Positions 52,802 through 64,000 of a stretch of 64,000 bases of DNA are shown here, in pieces. Positions within the stretch are counted from its first letter, which is position 1; each line of letters starts with the position of its first letter. This DNA is from Gallionella sp. Its GTDB lineage: Bacteria; Pseudomonadota; Gammaproteobacteria; Burkholderiales; Gallionellaceae. A model generated the notes under the pieces. That model was not told the DNA's origin, made no database searches, and worked only from the letters and a program-made list of their open reading frames with translations. The position numbers and the translations under genes are program-made. Location of the stretch: assembly GCA_028714895.1 (NCBI GenBank), contig JAQTLM010000007.1, positions 41,685 to 105,684 on the forward strand, read 5' to 3'.

Positions 52802-53392
52802 ATGGCTGCTGATTTGAGTACGTTGCGTACCAGTCTGACGGGTTTGCTTGGCGACAAGCTGACCGGTATGGAGGAAAGACTGGGCGAGTTGACCGTGGTG
52901 GTCAAGGCTGCCGGGATGCTGGGCGCGCTGACGCGCCTGCGCGATGCGGCAGGCTTCGAGCAGATGATCGACCTGTGCGGCGTGGATTACTCCGCTTACG
53001 GCGATGGTGCGTGGGAAGGCCGGCGCTTCGCGATCGTCTATCACCTGTTGTCGGTGGCGCATAACACGCGCCTGCGGGTGCGTATCTTTGCCGAGGAAGA
53101 TGATTTTCCGTTGCTGGAATCCGTGACGGACATCTGGCCTTGCGCCAACTGGTATGAGCGCGAGGCCTTCGACCTGTATGGCATCGTGTTCACCGGGCAT
53201 CCCGACTTGCGCCGCATCCTGACTGACTATGGCTTTGTCGGTAATCCGTTCCGCAAGGATTTCCCGTTGTCCGGCCATGTGGAAATGCGCTACGACCCGG
53301 AACAGCAGCGCGTGGTGTATCAGTCGGTGTCGATCGAGCCGCGCGAAGTGACGCCGCGCATCATACGTGAAGAAAACTACGGTCGTAATTGA
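52802..53392 (+). CDS. nuoC: NADH-quinone oxidoreductase subunit C
   Basis: [39 protein letters not shown]. Confidence 0.96.
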   Translation: MAADLSTLRTSLTGLLGDKLTGMEERLGELTVVVKAAGMLGALTRLRDAAGFEQMIDLCGVDYSAYGDGAWEGRRFAIVYHLLSVAHNTRLRVRIFAEEDDFPLLESVTDIWPCANWYEREAFDLYGIVFTGHPDLRRILTDYGFVGNPFRKDFPLSGHVEMRYDPEQQRVVYQSVSIEPREVTPRIIREENYGRN

Positions 53393-53402
53393 GGACGCGG
53401 TC

Positions 53403-53528
53403 ATGGCTGAGATAAAAAACTACACAATGAATTTTAGTTACGGCCGCCCTGCGGGCTTAACTTGTTTGCACAAGTTAGCCTTCACTGAAATGCATGGTGA
53501 ACGCACGTTGAACCTGGTGTCGAGATAG
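53403..53528 (+). other. 41-codon ORF beginning with a duplicate of the nuoD N-terminus and running through a hairpin-rich insert
   Basis: [41 protein letters not shown]. First 33 nt are 31/33 identical to 53537-53569 with synonymous differences. Own GAGG RBS. Confidence 0.8.
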
Positions 53529-53536
53529 GCGGAGTT

Positions 53537-54790
53537 ATGGCAGAGATAAAAAACTACACCATGAATTTTGGGCCGCAGCATCCTTCCGCGCACGGGGTGT
53601 TGCGCTTGGTGCTGGAGCTGGACGGCGAGGTCATCGAGCGTGCCGATCCGCATATCGGGTTGTTGCACCGCGGCACCGAGAAGCTGGTCGAGCACAAGAC
53701 CTATCTGCAATCCCTGCCCTACATGGATCGGCTCGATTATGTTTCGATGCTGAGCAACGAGCATGCCTATGTGATGGCGGTCGAGAAGCTGGCGGGCATC
53801 GAGGTGCCGTTGCGCGCGCAGTACATCCGTGTGATGTATGACGAAATTACCCGTATCCTCAATCACCTGCTATGGCTGGGTGCGCACGGGCTGGATATTG
53901 GCGCGATGACCGTGTTCCTGTATTGCTTCCGCGAACGCGAGGATTTGTTCGACGCTTATGAAGCAGTATCCGGTGCGCGCATGCACGCGGCCTATTACCG
54001 TCCGGGCGGCGTGTATCGCGATCTGCCGGACTCCATGCCGCAATACCAGCCATCGAAAATCCACAATGCCGCAGCGGTAAAAAAGCTCAACGAAAACCGC
54101 CAAGGCTCGCTGCTCGATTTTCTGGAAGATTTCACCAATCGCTTCCCTGCCTATGTGGATGAATATGAAACGCTGCTGACCGACAACCGCATCTGGAAGC
54201 AGCGCACTGTCGGCATCGGCGTAGTCACGCCGGAGCGCGCATTGGCGCTGGGCTTTACCGGCCCGATGCTGCGTGGCTCAGGGGTGGAATGGGATTTACG
54301 CAAGAAGCAACCTTATGAAGTCTATGACCGCATCGAGTTCGATATTCCGGTCGGCAAGACCGGCGACTCCTATGACCGTTATCTGGTACGCGTCGAGGAG
54401 ATGCGCCAGGCCAACCGCATCATCAAGCAATGCATCGCCTGGCTGCGTAGCAACCCCGGTCCGGTGATGACCGATAATTTCAAGTTTGCGCCGCCCAAGC
54501 GCGAAGCGATGAAGCAGAACATGGAGGAATTGATCCATCACTTCAAGCTGTTCAGCGAAGGGATGCATGTGCCGGTCGGCGAGGCCTATGCGGCGGTGGA
54601 ACATCCCAAGGGCGAGTTCGGCATTTACCTGATTTCCGACGGTGCGAACAAACCTTATCGCATGAAGATACGTGCGCCCGGTTTTGCACACATGGCCGGG
54701 CTGGATGAAATGGTGCGCGGTCACATGATTGCCGACGTGGTGACCATTCTCGGCACACAGGACATAGTTTTTGGTGAGGTAGACCGCTGA
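53537..54790 (+). CDS. nuoD: NADH-quinone oxidoreductase subunit D
   Basis: [39 protein letters not shown]. Confidence 0.97.
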   Translation: MAEIKNYTMNFGPQHPSAHGVLRLVLELDGEVIERADPHIGLLHRGTEKLVEHKTYLQSLPYMDRLDYVSMLSNEHAYVMAVEKLAGIEVPLRAQYIRVMYDEITRILNHLLWLGAHGLDIGAMTVFLYCFREREDLFDAYEAVSGARMHAAYYRPGGVYRDLPDSMPQYQPSKIHNAAAVKKLNENRQGSLLDFLEDFTNRFPAYVDEYETLLTDNRIWKQRTVGIGVVTPERALALGFTGPMLRGSGVEWDLRKKQPYEVYDRIEFDIPVGKTGDSYDRYLVRVEEMRQANRIIKQCIAWLRSNPGPVMTDNFKFAPPKREAMKQNMEELIHHFKLFSEGMHVPVGEAYAAVEHPKGEFGIYLISDGANKPYRMKIRAPGFAHMAGLDEMVRGHMIADVVTILGTQDIVFGEVDR

Positions 54791-54792
54791 TG

Positions 54793-54932
54793 AACACCCC
54801 TATAAATCCGTTTGTCGGGCGAATCGCGGTGTCGCGTGCTCGCTCATTCCTCGTCTATCAATGTGATATGCCTCGTCATTCGCTGCGCGGCTTCTTGCGC
54901 TTCATCCCGAAAAACAAATTTCTAGGGGTGTT
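54793..54932. mobile_element. 140-bp MITE-like element between nuoD and nuoE
   Basis: 27-bp imperfect TIRs AACACCCCTATAAATCCGTTTGTCGGG / CCCGAAAAACAAATTTCTAGGGGTGTT; no clean TSD. Confidence 0.75.
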
Positions 54933-54936
54933 ATAA

Positions 54937-55416
54937 ATGTTGCCGGAACAAATACAAGCAAAAATCAACCGCGAGTTGAAGAAATATCCGGCGGACCAGA
55001 AACAGTCTGCGGTGATGGCCGCATTGCGTTTTGTGCAGGACGAAAAGGGCTGGATTGCCGCCGAGGACATGGCGGATGTTGCGGCCTACCTCGGCATGCC
55101 GAAAATGGCGGTATACGAGGTGGCGACCTTCTATCACATGTACAACCTCAAGCCGATGGGCAAGCACACCATCACCGTCTGCACCAATCTGTCCTGTACG
55201 CTGGGCGGGGCAGGGGATACTGTGGCATATCTGCAAGCCAAGCTGGGTATCGGTTTTGGCGAAGTTTCCGCAGACGGCAGGTTTGGACTGCGCGAAGGCG
55301 AATGCATGGGGGCATGCAAGGATGCGCCGCTGTTCACCGTGAACAACAAAAAACTTTGCGGTCGTTTGAGCAAAGAGAATATCGATCAAATTTTGGCGGA
55401 ACTGGACCAATCATGA
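54937..55416 (+). CDS. nuoE: NADH-quinone oxidoreductase subunit E
   Basis: [14 protein letters not shown] and ECMGAC 2Fe-2S ligands. Confidence 0.95.
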   Translation: MLPEQIQAKINRELKKYPADQKQSAVMAALRFVQDEKGWIAAEDMADVAAYLGMPKMAVYEVATFYHMYNLKPMGKHTITVCTNLSCTLGGAGDTVAYLQAKLGIGFGEVSADGRFGLREGECMGACKDAPLFTVNNKKLCGRLSKENIDQILAELDQS

Positions 55417-56693
55417 AAAACACTGGCATGAGAGGCCCGGTCATTCTCACCACGATGGATTTCGACCAGCCCTGGACGCTGGAAAACTATCTCAAGGTCG
55501 GCGGTTACCAGGCATTGCGCAAGGTGCTGACCGAGAAAATGTCGCCCGATGCGATTATTTCCGAAGTCAAGCTGTCGGCGTTGCGCGGACGCGGCGGCGC
55601 GGGCTTCCCGACCGGGCTGAAGTGGAGCTTCATGCCCAAAAACTACGATGGCGACAAATATATCGTCTGTAATACCGACGAGGGCGAGCCGGGCACTTGC
55701 AAGGATTGGGACATCCTGCGCTACAACCCGCACTTGCTCATCGAAGGCATGGCGATCGCCGCCTATACGATGGGAGTCAAGACCGGCTACAACTACGTGC
55801 ATGGCGAAATCTTCGAAGCCTACGAACGCATGGAGGAAGCCTGCGAACTGGCGCGCGCCGCCGGCTATCTGGGCGACAATATCATGGGCACGGATTTCTG
55901 TTTCGACCTGCACAATCATCTGGGTTATGGTGCCTATGTCTGTGGCGAAGAAACTGCACTGCTGGAATCCATTGAAGGCAAGAAAGGCCAGCCGCGCTTC
56001 AAGCCGCCTTTTCCCGCGACCTTCGGCCTGTACGGCAAACCGACCACCATCAACAACACTGAGACTTTCGCCAGTATCCCGTACATCATCAACAACGGCG
56101 GGCAGAAGTTTCTGGAATTGGGCAAACCGAACAACGGCGGCACCAAGCTGTTTTCCGTATCCGGCCACGTGAACAATCCGGGCAACTTCGAAGTGCCGAT
56201 GGGTACGCCGTTCAGCGAACTGTTGAAAATGGCGGGCGGGGTGCGCAACGGCCATACGCTCAAGGCGGTAATTCCCGGCGGCTCGTCGATGCCGGTACTG
56301 CCCGGCGCGGTCATGATGGATCTGACCATGGACTACGATTCCATCTCCAAGGCGGGTTCCGGCCTGGGCAGCGGTGCGGTGATCGTGATGGACGAAACGA
56401 CCTGTATGGTGCGCGCGCTGGAGCGCCTGTCCTATTTTTATTATGAGGAATCCTGCGGGCAATGCACGCCGTGCCGCGAAGGTACCGGCTGGCTATATCG
56501 CATCGTGCATCGCATCGAGCATGGCGAAGGCCGCAAGGAAGATCTGGATTTGCTGTTGAGTGTGGGCGAAAACCTTGCCGGGCGCACTATTTGCGCGTTG
56601 GGCGAGGCGGCGGTTTGGCCGGTGCAGGGGATGCTCAGGCATTTCCGCGACGAATTTGAATATCACATCGAACACAAGCGTTGCTTGGTGTAA
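55413..56693 (+). CDS. nuoF: NADH-quinone oxidoreductase subunit F
   Basis: [41 protein letters not shown]. Confidence 0.97.
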   Translation: MKNTGMRGPVILTTMDFDQPWTLENYLKVGGYQALRKVLTEKMSPDAIISEVKLSALRGRGGAGFPTGLKWSFMPKNYDGDKYIVCNTDEGEPGTCKDWDILRYNPHLLIEGMAIAAYTMGVKTGYNYVHGEIFEAYERMEEACELARAAGYLGDNIMGTDFCFDLHNHLGYGAYVCGEETALLESIEGKKGQPRFKPPFPATFGLYGKPTTINNTETFASIPYIINNGGQKFLELGKPNNGGTKLFSVSGHVNNPGNFEVPMGTPFSELLKMAGGVRNGHTLKAVIPGGSSMPVLPGAVMMDLTMDYDSISKAGSGLGSGAVIVMDETTCMVRALERLSYFYYEESCGQCTPCREGTGWLYRIVHRIEHGEGRKEDLDLLLSVGENLAGRTICALGEAAVWPVQGMLRHFRDEFEYHIEHKRCLV

Positions 56694-56714
56694 AGCTGAC
56701 AGGTCAGGTGCGTA

Positions 56715-59054
56715 ATGATCAACATTGAAATTGACGGCAAGCTGGTAGAAATCGGGCGCGGTTCCACTGTGATGGACGCAGCGCACAAGGCGGGCATTCA
56801 TATTCCGCATTTTTGCTACCACAAGAAACTGTCCATCGCCGCCAGTTGCCGCATGTGTCTGGTCGAGGTGGAAAAGGCCCCCAAGCCGCTGCCTGCCTGT
56901 GCGACACCGGCTGCCGATGGCATGAAAGTCCATACCCATTCCGAGTTGGCAGTCAAGGCGCAACAGGGCGTGATGGAGTTTTTGCTGATCAACCACCCGC
57001 TGGATTGCCCGGTTTGCGACCAAGGCGGCGAGTGTCAGTTGCAGGATGTGGCAATGGGCTATGGCGCGCCAGCATCGCGCTACAGCGAAGAAAAACGCAT
57101 CGTGATGCACAAGGATATCGGCGCACTGATTTCCACCAGGGAAATGAGCCGCTGCATCCAGTGCACGCGCTGCGTGCGCTTTGGACAGGAAATCGCTGGC
57201 ATGATGGAACTGGGCATGGCGTTCCGCGGCGAACATGCCGAAATCATGAGTTTTGTGGACAGTTCGGTGGATTCCGAACTGTCCGGTAATATGATCGACC
57301 TGTGCCCGGTCGGCGCATTGACCAGCAAGCCATTCCGCTACACCGCGCGCAGCTGGGAGCTGTCGCGGCGCAAGTCGGTCAGCCCGCATGATGGCCTGGG
57401 CTCCAACCTGGCGGTGCAGGTGAAGAACCACAAGGTGATGCGCGTCCTGCCGATCGAAAACGAAGCCGTCAACGAATGCTGGATTTCCGACAAGGACCGT
57501 TTCAGCTATGAAGGGCTGAATTCTGCGGAGCGTTTGACCAAGCCGATGCTCAAGCAGGACGGCAAGTGGGTTGAGGTCGAATGGCAAGTTGCGCTGGAAT
57601 ACGTGGCGAAAGGTTTGCACCAGATCGCCTGTGGCGCCGGAGCGGATCAGGTCGCTGCACTGGCGACGCCGCACAGCACACTGGAAGAACTCTACCTGTT
57701 GCAGAAACTCATGCGCGGCCTGGGCAGCGGCAATGTCGATTTCCGCCTGCGCCAGTCCGATTTCAGCATGGACGGCAAGCAAGCCGGTGCGCCGTGGCTG
57801 GGTATGCCGGTTGCCGACATCAATACCCGCGACCGCCTGCTGATCGTCGGCAGCTTCCTGCGCAAGGATCACCCTTTGCTGGCGCAGCGTGTGCGCCAAG
57901 CCGTCAAGCACGGCGCGCAAGCCAATATCGTGCATGCCACTGATGACGACCTGCTGATGCCTGTTGCCAACAAGGCCATCGTCGCGCCGGGCGAACTGGT
58001 GAACGTGCTGGCACAAATCCTCAAGGCGCTGGCTGCCGAGAAGCAGGGCAGCGCGCAGGGTGTCGAGAATGTCACAGTCGGCAGCGAGGCCGCCGCCATC
58101 GCCAAGAGCCTGGCAAGCGGCGAACGCGCCGCAGTGTTGCTGGGCAATTTCGCACAGCAACATCCACAGGCGGCGCAACTCGCCGTATTGGCGGAACGGA
58201 TCGCCGCATTGTGCGGCGCAAAATTCGGCTTCCTCGGCGAGGCGGCCAATAGCGTCGGCGGCTATCTCGCTGGGGCGGTGCCGTTCGGCGGTGCTGTGCA
58301 AGGCATGAATGCCGCACAGATGGTTGCATCGCCGCGCAAGGCGTACCTCCTGCTGAATGTCGAGCCGGAGCTGGATATGCACGACCCACAACAGGCGATG
58401 GCTGCGATGTACGCCGCCGATATGGTGGTGGCCTTGTCCGCCTACAAGCACCATGCGACCGATTACGCTGATGTGCTGTTGCCGATCGCGCCGTTTACCG
58501 AAACTTCAGGCACGTTTGTCAACACCGAGGGGCGTGTGCAAAGTTTCAAGGGCGCGGTCAAGCCGCTCGGCGAAGCGCGTCCGGCCTGGAAGGTGCTGCG
58601 TGTCTTGGGCAATCTACTCGACGCGAGCGGTTTCGATTACGATTCCAGCGAAGCAGTGCGCGATGAAGCGCTCGGCATGCAGGAAGTTGGCGGCAAACTG
58701 AATAACCATCTGGACGTTGCATTGCAGAATACCGCCGCTACCAAGGCGCAGGGATTGCAGCGTGTGGCCGATGTGCCGATCTACTCGACTGATGGGCTGG
58801 TGCGCCGTGCTGCCTCGCTACAGAAGACCCACGATGCCGTAATTCCGTGCGTGACGATGCATGGCAGCGAGTTGCAGAAACTGGGCGTGCAATCCGGCGA
58901 CACCGTGAAGGTGACCCAGGGCAGGGCAGCGGTGCGCCTTGCGGTGCAGGCGGATGACATTATGCCTGCCGGTACCGCGCGTGTGGCGGCGGGCCATCCG
59001 GCTACGGCGGAACTGGGCGCGATGTTTGGAACAATCACTGTGGAGCGCGCATGA
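56715..59054 (+). CDS. nuoG: NADH-quinone oxidoreductase subunit G
   Basis: [50 protein letters not shown]. Confidence 0.97.
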   Translation: MINIEIDGKLVEIGRGSTVMDAAHKAGIHIPHFCYHKKLSIAASCRMCLVEVEKAPKPLPACATPAADGMKVHTHSELAVKAQQGVMEFLLINHPLDCPVCDQGGECQLQDVAMGYGAPASRYSEEKRIVMHKDIGALISTREMSRCIQCTRCVRFGQEIAGMMELGMAFRGEHAEIMSFVDSSVDSELSGNMIDLCPVGALTSKPFRYTARSWELSRRKSVSPHDGLGSNLAVQVKNHKVMRVLPIENEAVNECWISDKDRFSYEGLNSAERLTKPMLKQDGKWVEVEWQVALEYVAKGLHQIACGAGADQVAALATPHSTLEELYLLQKLMRGLGSGNVDFRLRQSDFSMDGKQAGAPWLGMPVADINTRDRLLIVGSFLRKDHPLLAQRVRQAVKHGAQANIVHATDDDLLMPVANKAIVAPGELVNVLAQILKALAAEKQGSAQGVENVTVGSEAAAIAKSLASGERAAVLLGNFAQQHPQAAQLAVLAERIAALCGAKFGFLGEAANSVGGYLAGAVPFGGAVQGMNAAQMVASPRKAYLLLNVEPELDMHDPQQAMAAMYAADMVVALSAYKHHATDYADVLLPIAPFTETSGTFVNTEGRVQSFKGAVKPLGEARPAWKVLRVLGNLLDASGFDYDSSEAVRDEALGMQEVGGKLNNHLDVALQNTAATKAQGLQRVADVPIYSTDGLVRRAASLQKTHDAVIPCVTMHGSELQKLGVQSGDTVKVTQGRAAVRLAVQADDIMPAGTARVAAGHPATAELGAMFGTITVERA

Positions 59055-60091
59055 TGGAATTGCTGCAAACTTTGCAACAGGCCGGGCTTGAACTGCTCGG
59101 CCCGGCTTGGTTGCCGATCTGGACGATAGTAAAGATCATGGTCATCACGGTGCCGATCATGCTTACGGTCGCCTACCTGACGCTGGCGGAACGCAAGGTC
59201 ATCGGCTACATGCAGATTCGTATCGGCCCGAATCGCGTCGGCCCCTACGGCTTGCTGCAACCGCTCGCCGACGGTGCGAAGTTGCTGTTCAAGGAAATCA
59301 TCATTCCGAGCGGCTCGAACAAATTCCTGTTCATCGCGGCACCTATTTTGGGATTGGCGCCGGCTTTGGCGGCATGGGCGGTGATGCCGTTCAGCGAAGG
59401 GATGGTGCTGACTAATGTCAATGCCGGGCTGTTGTACATCCTGGCGATGACTTCGCTATCGGTGTACGGCATCATCATCGCCGGCTGGGCATCCAACTCC
59501 AAGTATGCCTTCATCGGCGCAGTTCGTTCCGTCGCACAGATCGTGTCATATGAAATCGCGATGGGTTTTGCGCTGGTGTGCGTGCTGATGGCTTCACAAA
59601 GCATGAATGTGGGCGACATCGTGCGCGGCCAGCAAGGCAGCCTCGGTATGCTGAACTGGTATTTCATCCCGCTGTTCCCGATGTTCCTGGTGTATCTGAT
59701 TTCCGGCGTGGCGGAAACCAACCGCGCGCCGTTCGACATGGCGGAAGGCGAGTCGGAAATCGTCGCGGGTTTCCATGTGGAATATTCCGGCATGGCGTTC
59801 GCGATGTTCTTCCTGGCCGAATACGCCAACATGATCCTGATCTCCTTCCTCACCGCGATCATGTTTCTGGGTGGCTGGTTGTCACCTGTGCCTTTCCTGC
59901 CGGACAGCTTCATCTGGCTGCTGGCCAAGGCTTCCTTCTTCCTGTTTCTGTTCCTGTGGTTGCGCGCGACCTTCCCGCGCTATCGCTATGACCAACTGAT
60001 GCGGCTGGGCTGGAAAGTATTCATCCCGCTCACCATCATCTGGGTGGTAGTGGTTGCCGTGTGGATGCAAACCCCGTATTGGCTGTGGTAG
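59051..60091 (+). CDS. nuoH: NADH-quinone oxidoreductase subunit H
   Basis: [49 protein letters not shown]. Confidence 0.97.
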   Translation: MMELLQTLQQAGLELLGPAWLPIWTIVKIMVITVPIMLTVAYLTLAERKVIGYMQIRIGPNRVGPYGLLQPLADGAKLLFKEIIIPSGSNKFLFIAAPILGLAPALAAWAVMPFSEGMVLTNVNAGLLYILAMTSLSVYGIIIAGWASNSKYAFIGAVRSVAQIVSYEIAMGFALVCVLMASQSMNVGDIVRGQQGSLGMLNWYFIPLFPMFLVYLISGVAETNRAPFDMAEGESEIVAGFHVEYSGMAFAMFFLAEYANMILISFLTAIMFLGGWLSPVPFLPDSFIWLLAKASFFLFLFLWLRATFPRYRYDQLMRLGWKVFIPLTIIWVVVVAVWMQTPYWLW

Positions 60092-60115
60092 GGGCGTGAT
60101 TAACCGCGCCCCTGC
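60088..60115. repeat. GTAG REP providing the nuoH stop codon
   Basis: GTAGGGGCGTGATTAACCGCGCCCCTGC; TAG is 60089-60091. Confidence 0.7.
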
Positions 60116-60142
60116 AAGGATACCCATACAAAGATATAAGAC

Positions 60143-60631
60143 ATGGAAAAAATAACAAACTTCTTCAAAACCTTCCTGCTCTATGAGTTGGTCAAGGGCA
60201 TGGCGCTGACCGGGCGGTATTTCTTCGCGCGCAAAATCACCGTGCAATACCCCGAAGAGAAGACCCCGCAGAGCTTCCGTTTCCGCGGGCTGCACGCGCA
60301 GCGCCGCTACGCCAACGGCGAAGAGCGCTGTATCGGCTGCAAGCTTTGCGAGGCGGTGTGCCCGGCTTTGGCGATCAAGATCGAAGTGGCGGAGCGCGAG
60401 GACGGTACGCGCCGCACCACGCAATATGACATCGATCTGTACAAATGCATCTTTTGCGGCTTCTGCGAGGAGTCCTGCCCGGTGGATGCGATCGTCGAAA
60501 CGCGCATGTTCGAGTACCACGGCGAAAAGCCCGGCGACCTGTATTACACCAAGCCGATGTTGCTGGCGATGGGCGACAAACATGAAGAGCAAATCGCCAA
60601 GGATCGTGCGGCGGATGCCAAGTACCGATAA
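60143..60631 (+). CDS. nuoI: NADH-quinone oxidoreductase subunit I
   Basis: [12 protein letters not shown] and [12 protein letters not shown]. Confidence 0.97.
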   Translation: MEKITNFFKTFLLYELVKGMALTGRYFFARKITVQYPEEKTPQSFRFRGLHAQRRYANGEERCIGCKLCEAVCPALAIKIEVAEREDGTRRTTQYDIDLYKCIFCGFCEESCPVDAIVETRMFEYHGEKPGDLYYTKPMLLAMGDKHEEQIAKDRAADAKYR

Positions 60632-60643
60632 GAGGACAGCAAG

Positions 60644-61243
60644 ATGAATTTCGAGACCATCATGTTTTATGTGTTTGCGGCGCTGATCGTGTTTTCGGCA
60701 TTGCGCGTGATCACCGCACACAACCCGGTGCATGCGGTGCTGTTCCTGGTGCTGGCGTTCATCAGCTCAGCAGGCATCTGGATATTGCTGGAAGCGGAAT
60801 TCCTCGCCATCACGCTGGTGCTGGTGTATGTCGGCGCGGTGATGGTGCTGTTCCTGTTCGTGGTGATGATGCTCGACATCAATCTGGTGCGGATGCGTGA
60901 AGGCATCTGGCGCTGGCTGCCGTTCGGCGCAGCATTGGCCGGCTTGATGGCGTTCGAGATGATTTGGGTGCTGGGTTCCTCAGGGACGCCGGCTGGCAAG
61001 TCGGCCATCAAGCATGCGGCCGATTACAGCAATACCAAGGAGCTGGGCAGGTTGATCTATACCGAGTATGTGTATCCGTTCGAGATTGCCGCAGTGTTGT
61101 TGCTGGTGGCGATGGTGGCGGCGATTGCGCTGACCCTGCGCCGCCGCAAGGATGCCAAGTCGCAGGTGGTAGCCGAGCAGGTCGCGGTGAAGAAGGCGGA
61201 TCGTTTGCGCATTGTGAAGATGCAGGCCGAACGCAAAGAATGA
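60644..61243 (+). CDS. nuoJ: NADH-quinone oxidoreductase subunit J
   Basis: [38 protein letters not shown]. Confidence 0.96.
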   Translation: MNFETIMFYVFAALIVFSALRVITAHNPVHAVLFLVLAFISSAGIWILLEAEFLAITLVLVYVGAVMVLFLFVVMMLDINLVRMREGIWRWLPFGAALAGLMAFEMIWVLGSSGTPAGKSAIKHAADYSNTKELGRLIYTEYVYPFEIAAVLLLVAMVAAIALTLRRRKDAKSQVVAEQVAVKKADRLRIVKMQAERKE

Positions 61244-61265
61244 ACCAATCAAGGGAGTGGGAAGC

Positions 61266-61571
61266 GTGTTAACACTGTCGCATTATCTGGTACTGAGCGC
61301 CGTGCTGTTTGCCATCGGCGTGGTCGGCATTTTCCTGAACCGCAAGAACCTGATCGTGCTGCTGATGGCGATCGAGATGATGCTGCTGGCGGTAAACACC
61401 AATTTTGTGGCGTTCTCGCATTACCTGAACGATACCGCCGGCCAGGTGTTCGTGTTTTTCATCCTGACCGTGGCCGCTGCCGAGGCCGCCATCGGCCTGG
61501 CGATACTGGTGGTGCTGTTCCGCAACCTGAACACCATCAATGTTGACGATCTCGACAGCCTGAAAGGGTAA
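61266..61571 (+). CDS. nuoK: NADH-quinone oxidoreductase subunit K
   Basis: [30 protein letters not shown] start inferred. Confidence 0.96.
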   Translation: MLTLSHYLVLSAVLFAIGVVGIFLNRKNLIVLLMAIEMMLLAVNTNFVAFSHYLNDTAGQVFVFFILTVAAAEAAIGLAILVVLFRNLNTINVDDLDSLKG

Positions 61572-63628
61572 TGGGCATGACTATGCAGAATTTGTATCTG
61601 TTGGTTCCTTTGGCTCCGCTGGTCGGGGCGATTGCCGCCGGACTGTTCGGAAAGTGCCTGGGACGCGCCTGGTCGCACCGCATCACCATCGCGCTGGTGG
61701 CGGTTTCGTTTTTTGCGTCGCTGGCGATTTTCAACGATGTGCTGGCGGGCCATGTGTTCAACGGCCCGGTCTATACCTGGCTGATTTCCGGTGATACCAG
61801 CTTTCAGGTGGGTTTCCTGATCGACCGCCTGACCGTGATGATGATGCTGGTGGTGACTTTCGTCTCGCTGATGGTGCACATCTATACCATCGGCTACATG
61901 GAAGAGGATGACGGTTACCAGCGCTTCTTCAGCTACATCTCGCTGTTCACCTTCTCGATGCTGATGCTGGTGATGGCGAACAACTTCATGCAGCTGTTCT
62001 TCGGCTGGGAAGCGGTGGGGCTGGTTTCCTACCTGCTGATCGGCTTCTGGTACAAGAAGGACACGGCAATCTACGCCAACCTCAAGGCCTTCCTAGTGAA
62101 CCGCGTCGGCGATTTCGGCTTCCTGCTCGGCATCGGCTTGGTGCTGATGGTGTTCGGTACGCTGGACTATGCTGCGGTATTCGCCAATGCCGCCAGCCAC
62201 GCCAAAGATATGGCTCCGATTCCCGGCGTATCATGGAACATGATGTCGGCGATCTGCATCCTTCTGTTCATCGGCGCGATGGGCAAATCGGCACAGTTCC
62301 CGCTACATGTCTGGCTGCCCGATTCGATGGAAGGCCCGACCCCGATCTCAGCGCTGATCCATGCCGCAACCATGGTGACCGCCGGTATTTTTATGGTGGC
62401 GCGTATGTCGCCGCTGTATGAGTTGTCGGAAACGGCGCTGTCGTTCGTGATGGTCATCGGCGCGATTACCGCGCTGTTTATGGGTTTTCTCGGTATCATC
62501 CAGAACGATATCAAGCGCGTGATCGCGTATTCCACGTTATCGCAGCTCGGCTACATGACAGTGGCGCTCGGCGCGTCGGCCTATTCGGTGGCGATCTTCC
62601 ACCTGATGACCCACGCGTTTTTCAAGGCGCTGTTGTTCCTCGCCGCCGGCAGCGTGATCATCGCCATGCACCACAACCAGGACATCCGCTACATGGGCGG
62701 CCTGCGGAAATATATGCCGATTACCTGGATCACTTCGCTGATCGGCTCGCTGGCGCTGATCGGTACGCCGTTCTTCTCCGGTTTCTACTCCAAGGACAGC
62801 ATTATCGAAGCGGTGGAATATTCCCATCTGCCCGGCTCCGGTTTTGCCTACTTTGCGGTGATGGCCGGAGTGTTCGTCACCGCCTTCTATTCGTTCCGCA
62901 TGTACTTCCTGGTATTCCACGGCAAGGAACGGTATGACGAAGCACCGCATGACGAACATCACGCCGTTGACGTGCATGCGCACGACGCACATGAGCATGA
63001 TGACCACGCCTCTGCAAGCGATGCGCATGACGATCATGGCCATCACGGCGGCAAGCCGCACGAGACGCCGTGGGTGGTGACGCTGCCGCTGATCCTGCTG
63101 GCCATTCCCTCCGTGCTAATCGGCTATATTGCTATCGAACCTATGCTGTATGGCGGCTATTTCGGCGACGCTATTTACATCAGCCAAGCCCATCATGCGC
63201 TCGCCGACATGAGTGATGAATTTCACGGCGCTGCGGAGATGGCATTGCATTCGTTCACTTCTGAACCTTTTATTCTGGCTCTGGCAGGAGTGGTGTCGTC
63301 ATGGTTCTTCTACATGAAGCGCCCTGATATCCCCGCTGCGATTCAAAAGCGCTTCCAGTTCATCTACACCTTGCTCGATAACAAGTATTACTTCGACCGC
63401 TTCAACGACTGGTTCTTTGCCGGCGGCGCGCGCGGTGCGAGCGGCTTGCTGTGGAAGTTCGGCGACGTGAAGCTGATTGACGGGTTGATGGTGAACGGCA
63501 CGGCGAAACTGGTCGGGATGTTCTCCGGTGTGATGCGGCGTCTGCAGTCCGGCTATATCTACCACTATGCTTTTTCCATGATCATCGGCGTATTCGTGCT
63601 GCTGACCGTGCGAACCTGGTTTGAATAG
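61571..63628 (+). CDS. nuoL: NADH-quinone oxidoreductase subunit L
   Basis: WEAVGLVSYLLIGF, GKSAQFPLHVWLPDSMEGPTP, HLMTHAFFKALLF; His-rich loop. Confidence 0.97.
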   Translation: MGMTMQNLYLLVPLAPLVGAIAAGLFGKCLGRAWSHRITIALVAVSFFASLAIFNDVLAGHVFNGPVYTWLISGDTSFQVGFLIDRLTVMMMLVVTFVSLMVHIYTIGYMEEDDGYQRFFSYISLFTFSMLMLVMANNFMQLFFGWEAVGLVSYLLIGFWYKKDTAIYANLKAFLVNRVGDFGFLLGIGLVLMVFGTLDYAAVFANAASHAKDMAPIPGVSWNMMSAICILLFIGAMGKSAQFPLHVWLPDSMEGPTPISALIHAATMVTAGIFMVARMSPLYELSETALSFVMVIGAITALFMGFLGIIQNDIKRVIAYSTLSQLGYMTVALGASAYSVAIFHLMTHAFFKALLFLAAGSVIIAMHHNQDIRYMGGLRKYMPITWITSLIGSLALIGTPFFSGFYSKDSIIEAVEYSHLPGSGFAYFAVMAGVFVTAFYSFRMYFLVFHGKERYDEAPHDEHHAVDVHAHDAHEHDDHASASDAHDDHGHHGGKPHETPWVVTLPLILLAIPSVLIGYIAIEPMLYGGYFGDAIYISQAHHALADMSDEFHGAAEMALHSFTSEPFILALAGVVSSWFFYMKRPDIPAAIQKRFQFIYTLLDNKYYFDRFNDWFFAGGARGASGLLWKFGDVKLIDGLMVNGTAKLVGMFSGVMRRLQSGYIYHYAFSMIIGVFVLLTVRTWFE

Positions 63629-63630
63629 TT

Positions 63631-63687
63631 GTAGGTCGGGCTTCAGCCCGACATGGTGGGGCAGCGTCGGGTTGAAGCCCGACCTAC
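63631..63687. repeat. GTAG REP doublet between nuoL and nuoM
   Basis: GTAGGTCGGGCTTCAGCCCGACA ... CGTCGGGTTGAAGCCCGACCTAC. Confidence 0.85.
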
Positions 63688-63704
63688 AATAAAGGAATAA
63701 CAGC

Positions 63705-64000
63705 ATGATTTTTGGATTACCCGTAATTAGTGTTGCGATCTGGCTGCCGATCATCTTCGGCATCTTGGTGTTGGCCACCGGTGATGACAAGAACGCTCCG
63801 CTGGCGCGCATCTTGGCCTTGGTCGGCTCAACGCTCGGTTTCCTGGTGACGATTCCGCTCTATACCGGCTTTGTGCGCGACACTTCCGAGATGCAGTTCG
63901 TCGAATTGCATGACTGGATCGCGCGCTTCAACATCCACTATCACCTCGGCGTTGACGGCATCTCGGTGCTGTTCGTTCTGCTCACCGCTTTTTTTACGCC
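63705..64000 (+). CDS. nuoM: NADH-quinone oxidoreductase subunit M (3' truncated by window edge)
   Basis: MIFGLPVISVAIWLP..., MQFVE..DWI.RFNIHYHLGVDGIS; follows nuoL. Confidence 0.92.
   Translation, partial: MIFGLPVISVAIWLPIIFGILVLATGDDKNAPLARILALVGSTLGFLVTIPLYTGFVRDTSEMQFVELHDWIARFNIHYHLGVDGISVLFVLLTAFFT

Noticed and set aside
56493-58454. 653-aa antisense ORF over nuoG
   Set aside because: Shadow ORF; the other alternative-frame ORFs in the track were rejected on the same grounds.

Overview
A mostly housekeeping chromosomal segment from a GC-rich betaproteobacterium. Gene order and protein style suggest Nitrosomonadales, probably Gallionellaceae-like; this is inference, not a database result. 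The core blocks are folD, purB-mnmA-nudJ, tRNA-Leu-queA-tgt-yajC-secDF-dedA, pstSCAB with a Pho box, rpmB-rpmG, xseB-ispA-dxs-folE2, pcnB-folK-dNK-panBCD and tpiA-secG-tRNA-Leu-nuoA-M. Accessory content includes a TonB receptor-YfiR-histidine kinase-REC/PAS/GGDEF module, a pyrophosphate cluster (ppa, pfp, hppA) interrupted by nested MITEs, a frameshifted rlmF and an AT-rich solitary DUF4062 gene. There is also a c-di-GMP/chemotaxis island with two NIT-type sensors. The most unusual signal is non-coding: short structured inserts sit at gene termini inside essential operons. Two come with duplicated, synonymously recoded copies of the gene end (nuoD 5' end, pstB 3' end). Others preserve translation (a 48-codon open MITE between nuoD and nuoE, an in-frame repeat in xseB, REPs supplying stop codons). 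No transposase, integrase, CRISPR array or rRNA is present. All calls are by eye from motifs; no searches were run.
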